Positions 62,095-64,000 of a stretch of 64,000 nt of DNA are shown in pieces; within the stretch, counting starts at the first letter, position 1; each line of letters starts with the position of its first letter. The DNA is taken from assembly GCF_036321535.1 (NCBI RefSeq), contig NC_087436.1:7130001-7194000 (forward strand). Direction: 5' to 3'. The DNA is from Camelus dromedarius (Eukaryota). Made by a program: the position numbers and the translations under genes. The notes under the pieces are model-generated. The model did no database searches. It was given only the letters and a program-made list of their open reading frames with translations, and was not told the DNA's origin.

Positions 62095-63500
62095 AAAGCT
62101 TTTCTTGTAGTGGAGTTCTACTGGCAATGAATTCTTCTAGTATTTTTTTTTTTAAATATGAAAACATCCTTATTTCCTCCTCGTATTTAACATAGATGTT
62201 TTCATTAGATATAAAATTCTTAGTCGAGGGTGCTTTTCTTTCAGCAATTGAGACAACCTCTGTTTGCTGTAGTTCCTGATGATAAATTTTGAATCATTGC
62301 TTTCCTGTAAGTCATACATCATTTTCCTGTGGCCGCTTTCAAGAGTCCCCGTGACGCCAGTATCAGCAGCTTGATTATGATTACCTGGGCAGGGTTTTCT
62401 TTGTTTATCTCTTGCTTACGTTTACTGAGCTTTCTGAATATGAGTGTTTATGTCTTTCATCAAATTTGGGAAGTTTTGAGTCATTGTTTTTTCAAATGAG
62501 CTGTATGTCTCACACTCTTACCTCTTCTTCTTGAATTTTATTCATGTCTGTTGGACATTGATTGTTGTCCTCAGGTCCTTGAAGGTCGGTTCTTTTCTTC
62601 TAATGTTTTTTTTCCTCTGTGTTCTACATATGCATATTGATGTATCTTCAAGTTCCTGACTCCTTTGTCCATCATTTCCATTCTGTTGTTAAGCCAATAT
62701 AGTAAATTTGTAATTTCAGGAATTGTATTTTTTTTTTAGTTTTAGAATATTCATTTGTGTTATTTTTTATTGCTTATATTTCTTTGTTCAGATTTCCTAT
62801 CTTTTCATTCAGTGTAAGCATATTTTCCTTAACGTCCTTGAGCTTAGTTATAATAGCTATTTTAGAACTCTTGTCTGCTAATCACAATATCTAGGTTATC
62901 TCACCAATGATCTTAGGAGCCTGTCTTTTCTCTTAAAAAATGAATTGATATTTGTTTGTCTATTGAGTAATTTTGCTTTTATCCTAGCCTTTGTAAAAAT
63001 TATTTTGTAGGAACTGTCAATTCTGCTATATTCCTGTTATAAGAGTTTTATCAGATAATTTACTTTCTTTGACTCAAAACCCTCTTGTAGGTGGCAGTTC
63101 AACTCATATTTCGATTCTTTTAACTTAGCTTCTCTGCTTTAATTCTGTTTCATGCCTGTATTCATGGGGCAACAAGAGACTGTGGCAGAATTTATGTACA
63201 TAACATGGTACTCACGCTCTCTCTTTCTCTTTCATGAAATCTACCCCCTTATTTTCTAGTACCTATGTTTGTTTGTCATGAACTCTGTCTATTTCTTCTG
63301 GCCAGAAACATGTGAGATTTTATGTCAAAGTTTTAGTCACTTTACCTGGTGGCATTTTCATCCTGCTTGGAAGTTAAGAATCATAAAAAAATGTAATTGT
63401 GACCAGTTCCTTTTCCAATTGTTGTCTTCCCTCCAAAATTTGCCTGCTTTTTTTTTTTTTTTCCTTTCCGGTGCCATCAGGCTATTTTATTTTGCCCACA
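62095..63500 (-). mobile_element. Old L1 (L1M-type) ORF1/5' region
   Basis: T-rich antisense L1 motifs 'tcaaatttgggaagttt', 'tcttcaagttcctgactcc', 'ttataatagctatttta'. Confidence 0.65.
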
Positions 63501-64000
63501 TTTTATAACTGATATCTGCAGGGTATCTGCAGGAACTTACTTAGCTATATTGGACTTGGGTACTAGTTTTATTTTTGAGAAAAGTATGATAACCATAATC
63601 TTTTCAGAGTTTAGGGCATTTAAAGTCTTAGTCCAGCTATAGGTACACTGCAGAAATGTAACAAATGTTTGTTAAATGAGTGAATTAAAAATCTGGTCTG
63701 ATTACTTTTCCACTGAAATAGAAGATTGTCTAATCTAATTCAATACACTGACTCTTTGACTTTTGCTATTATGTTAACCCAGTTGCAGACTTGGAGAGAG
63801 GGAAGCAGTGATTTCTGTTTATTTACACAATGTTTGTTTGGTGGATTCTTGGCTTTACTTAAATTAACATTTCTGAGGATACCGACCATTGTTTCTCAGC
63901 AGTGAAATTCAATCAACCAGAAGAGAAATATATCTTCAGTTCTGGAACAATAAGATAAACACTCTTTGTTTGTCATTATTTTTAAGAAACAGATTTTAAT

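Overview
Mammalian genomic DNA with no protein-coding gene I can support. It is very probably camelid (alpaca/llama/camel): it carries about 18 tRNA-Ala(AGC)-derived SINEs of the Vic-1 type plus young artiodactyl-type L1 3' ends. The window is dominated by layered transposable elements: L1 of several ages, L2, MIR, MaLR (MLT1) LTRs, an internally deleted ERVL/MLT2 provirus, several TG..CA solo LTRs with target-site duplications (TSDs), and MER5/MER81-like DNA transposon remnants. The only ORFs with recognisable protein homology are broken L1 ORF1p/ORF2p pieces and an ERVL integrase remnant. Non-repeat signals are four CpG-retaining blocks (largest about 51.0-51.75 kb, promoter-like), a CTCF-like motif at 49.3 kb and a few weak exon-like segments. 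The most unusual items are small retrotransposition oddities: a polyadenylated LTR U3-R retrocopy, an orphan polyadenylated fragment inside a SINE, a twin-primed L1, and a young, promoter-motif-dense solo LTR. I found no convincing novel gene system. Repeat family names come from recall of consensus sequences, not from a search, and boundaries of old repeats are approximate.
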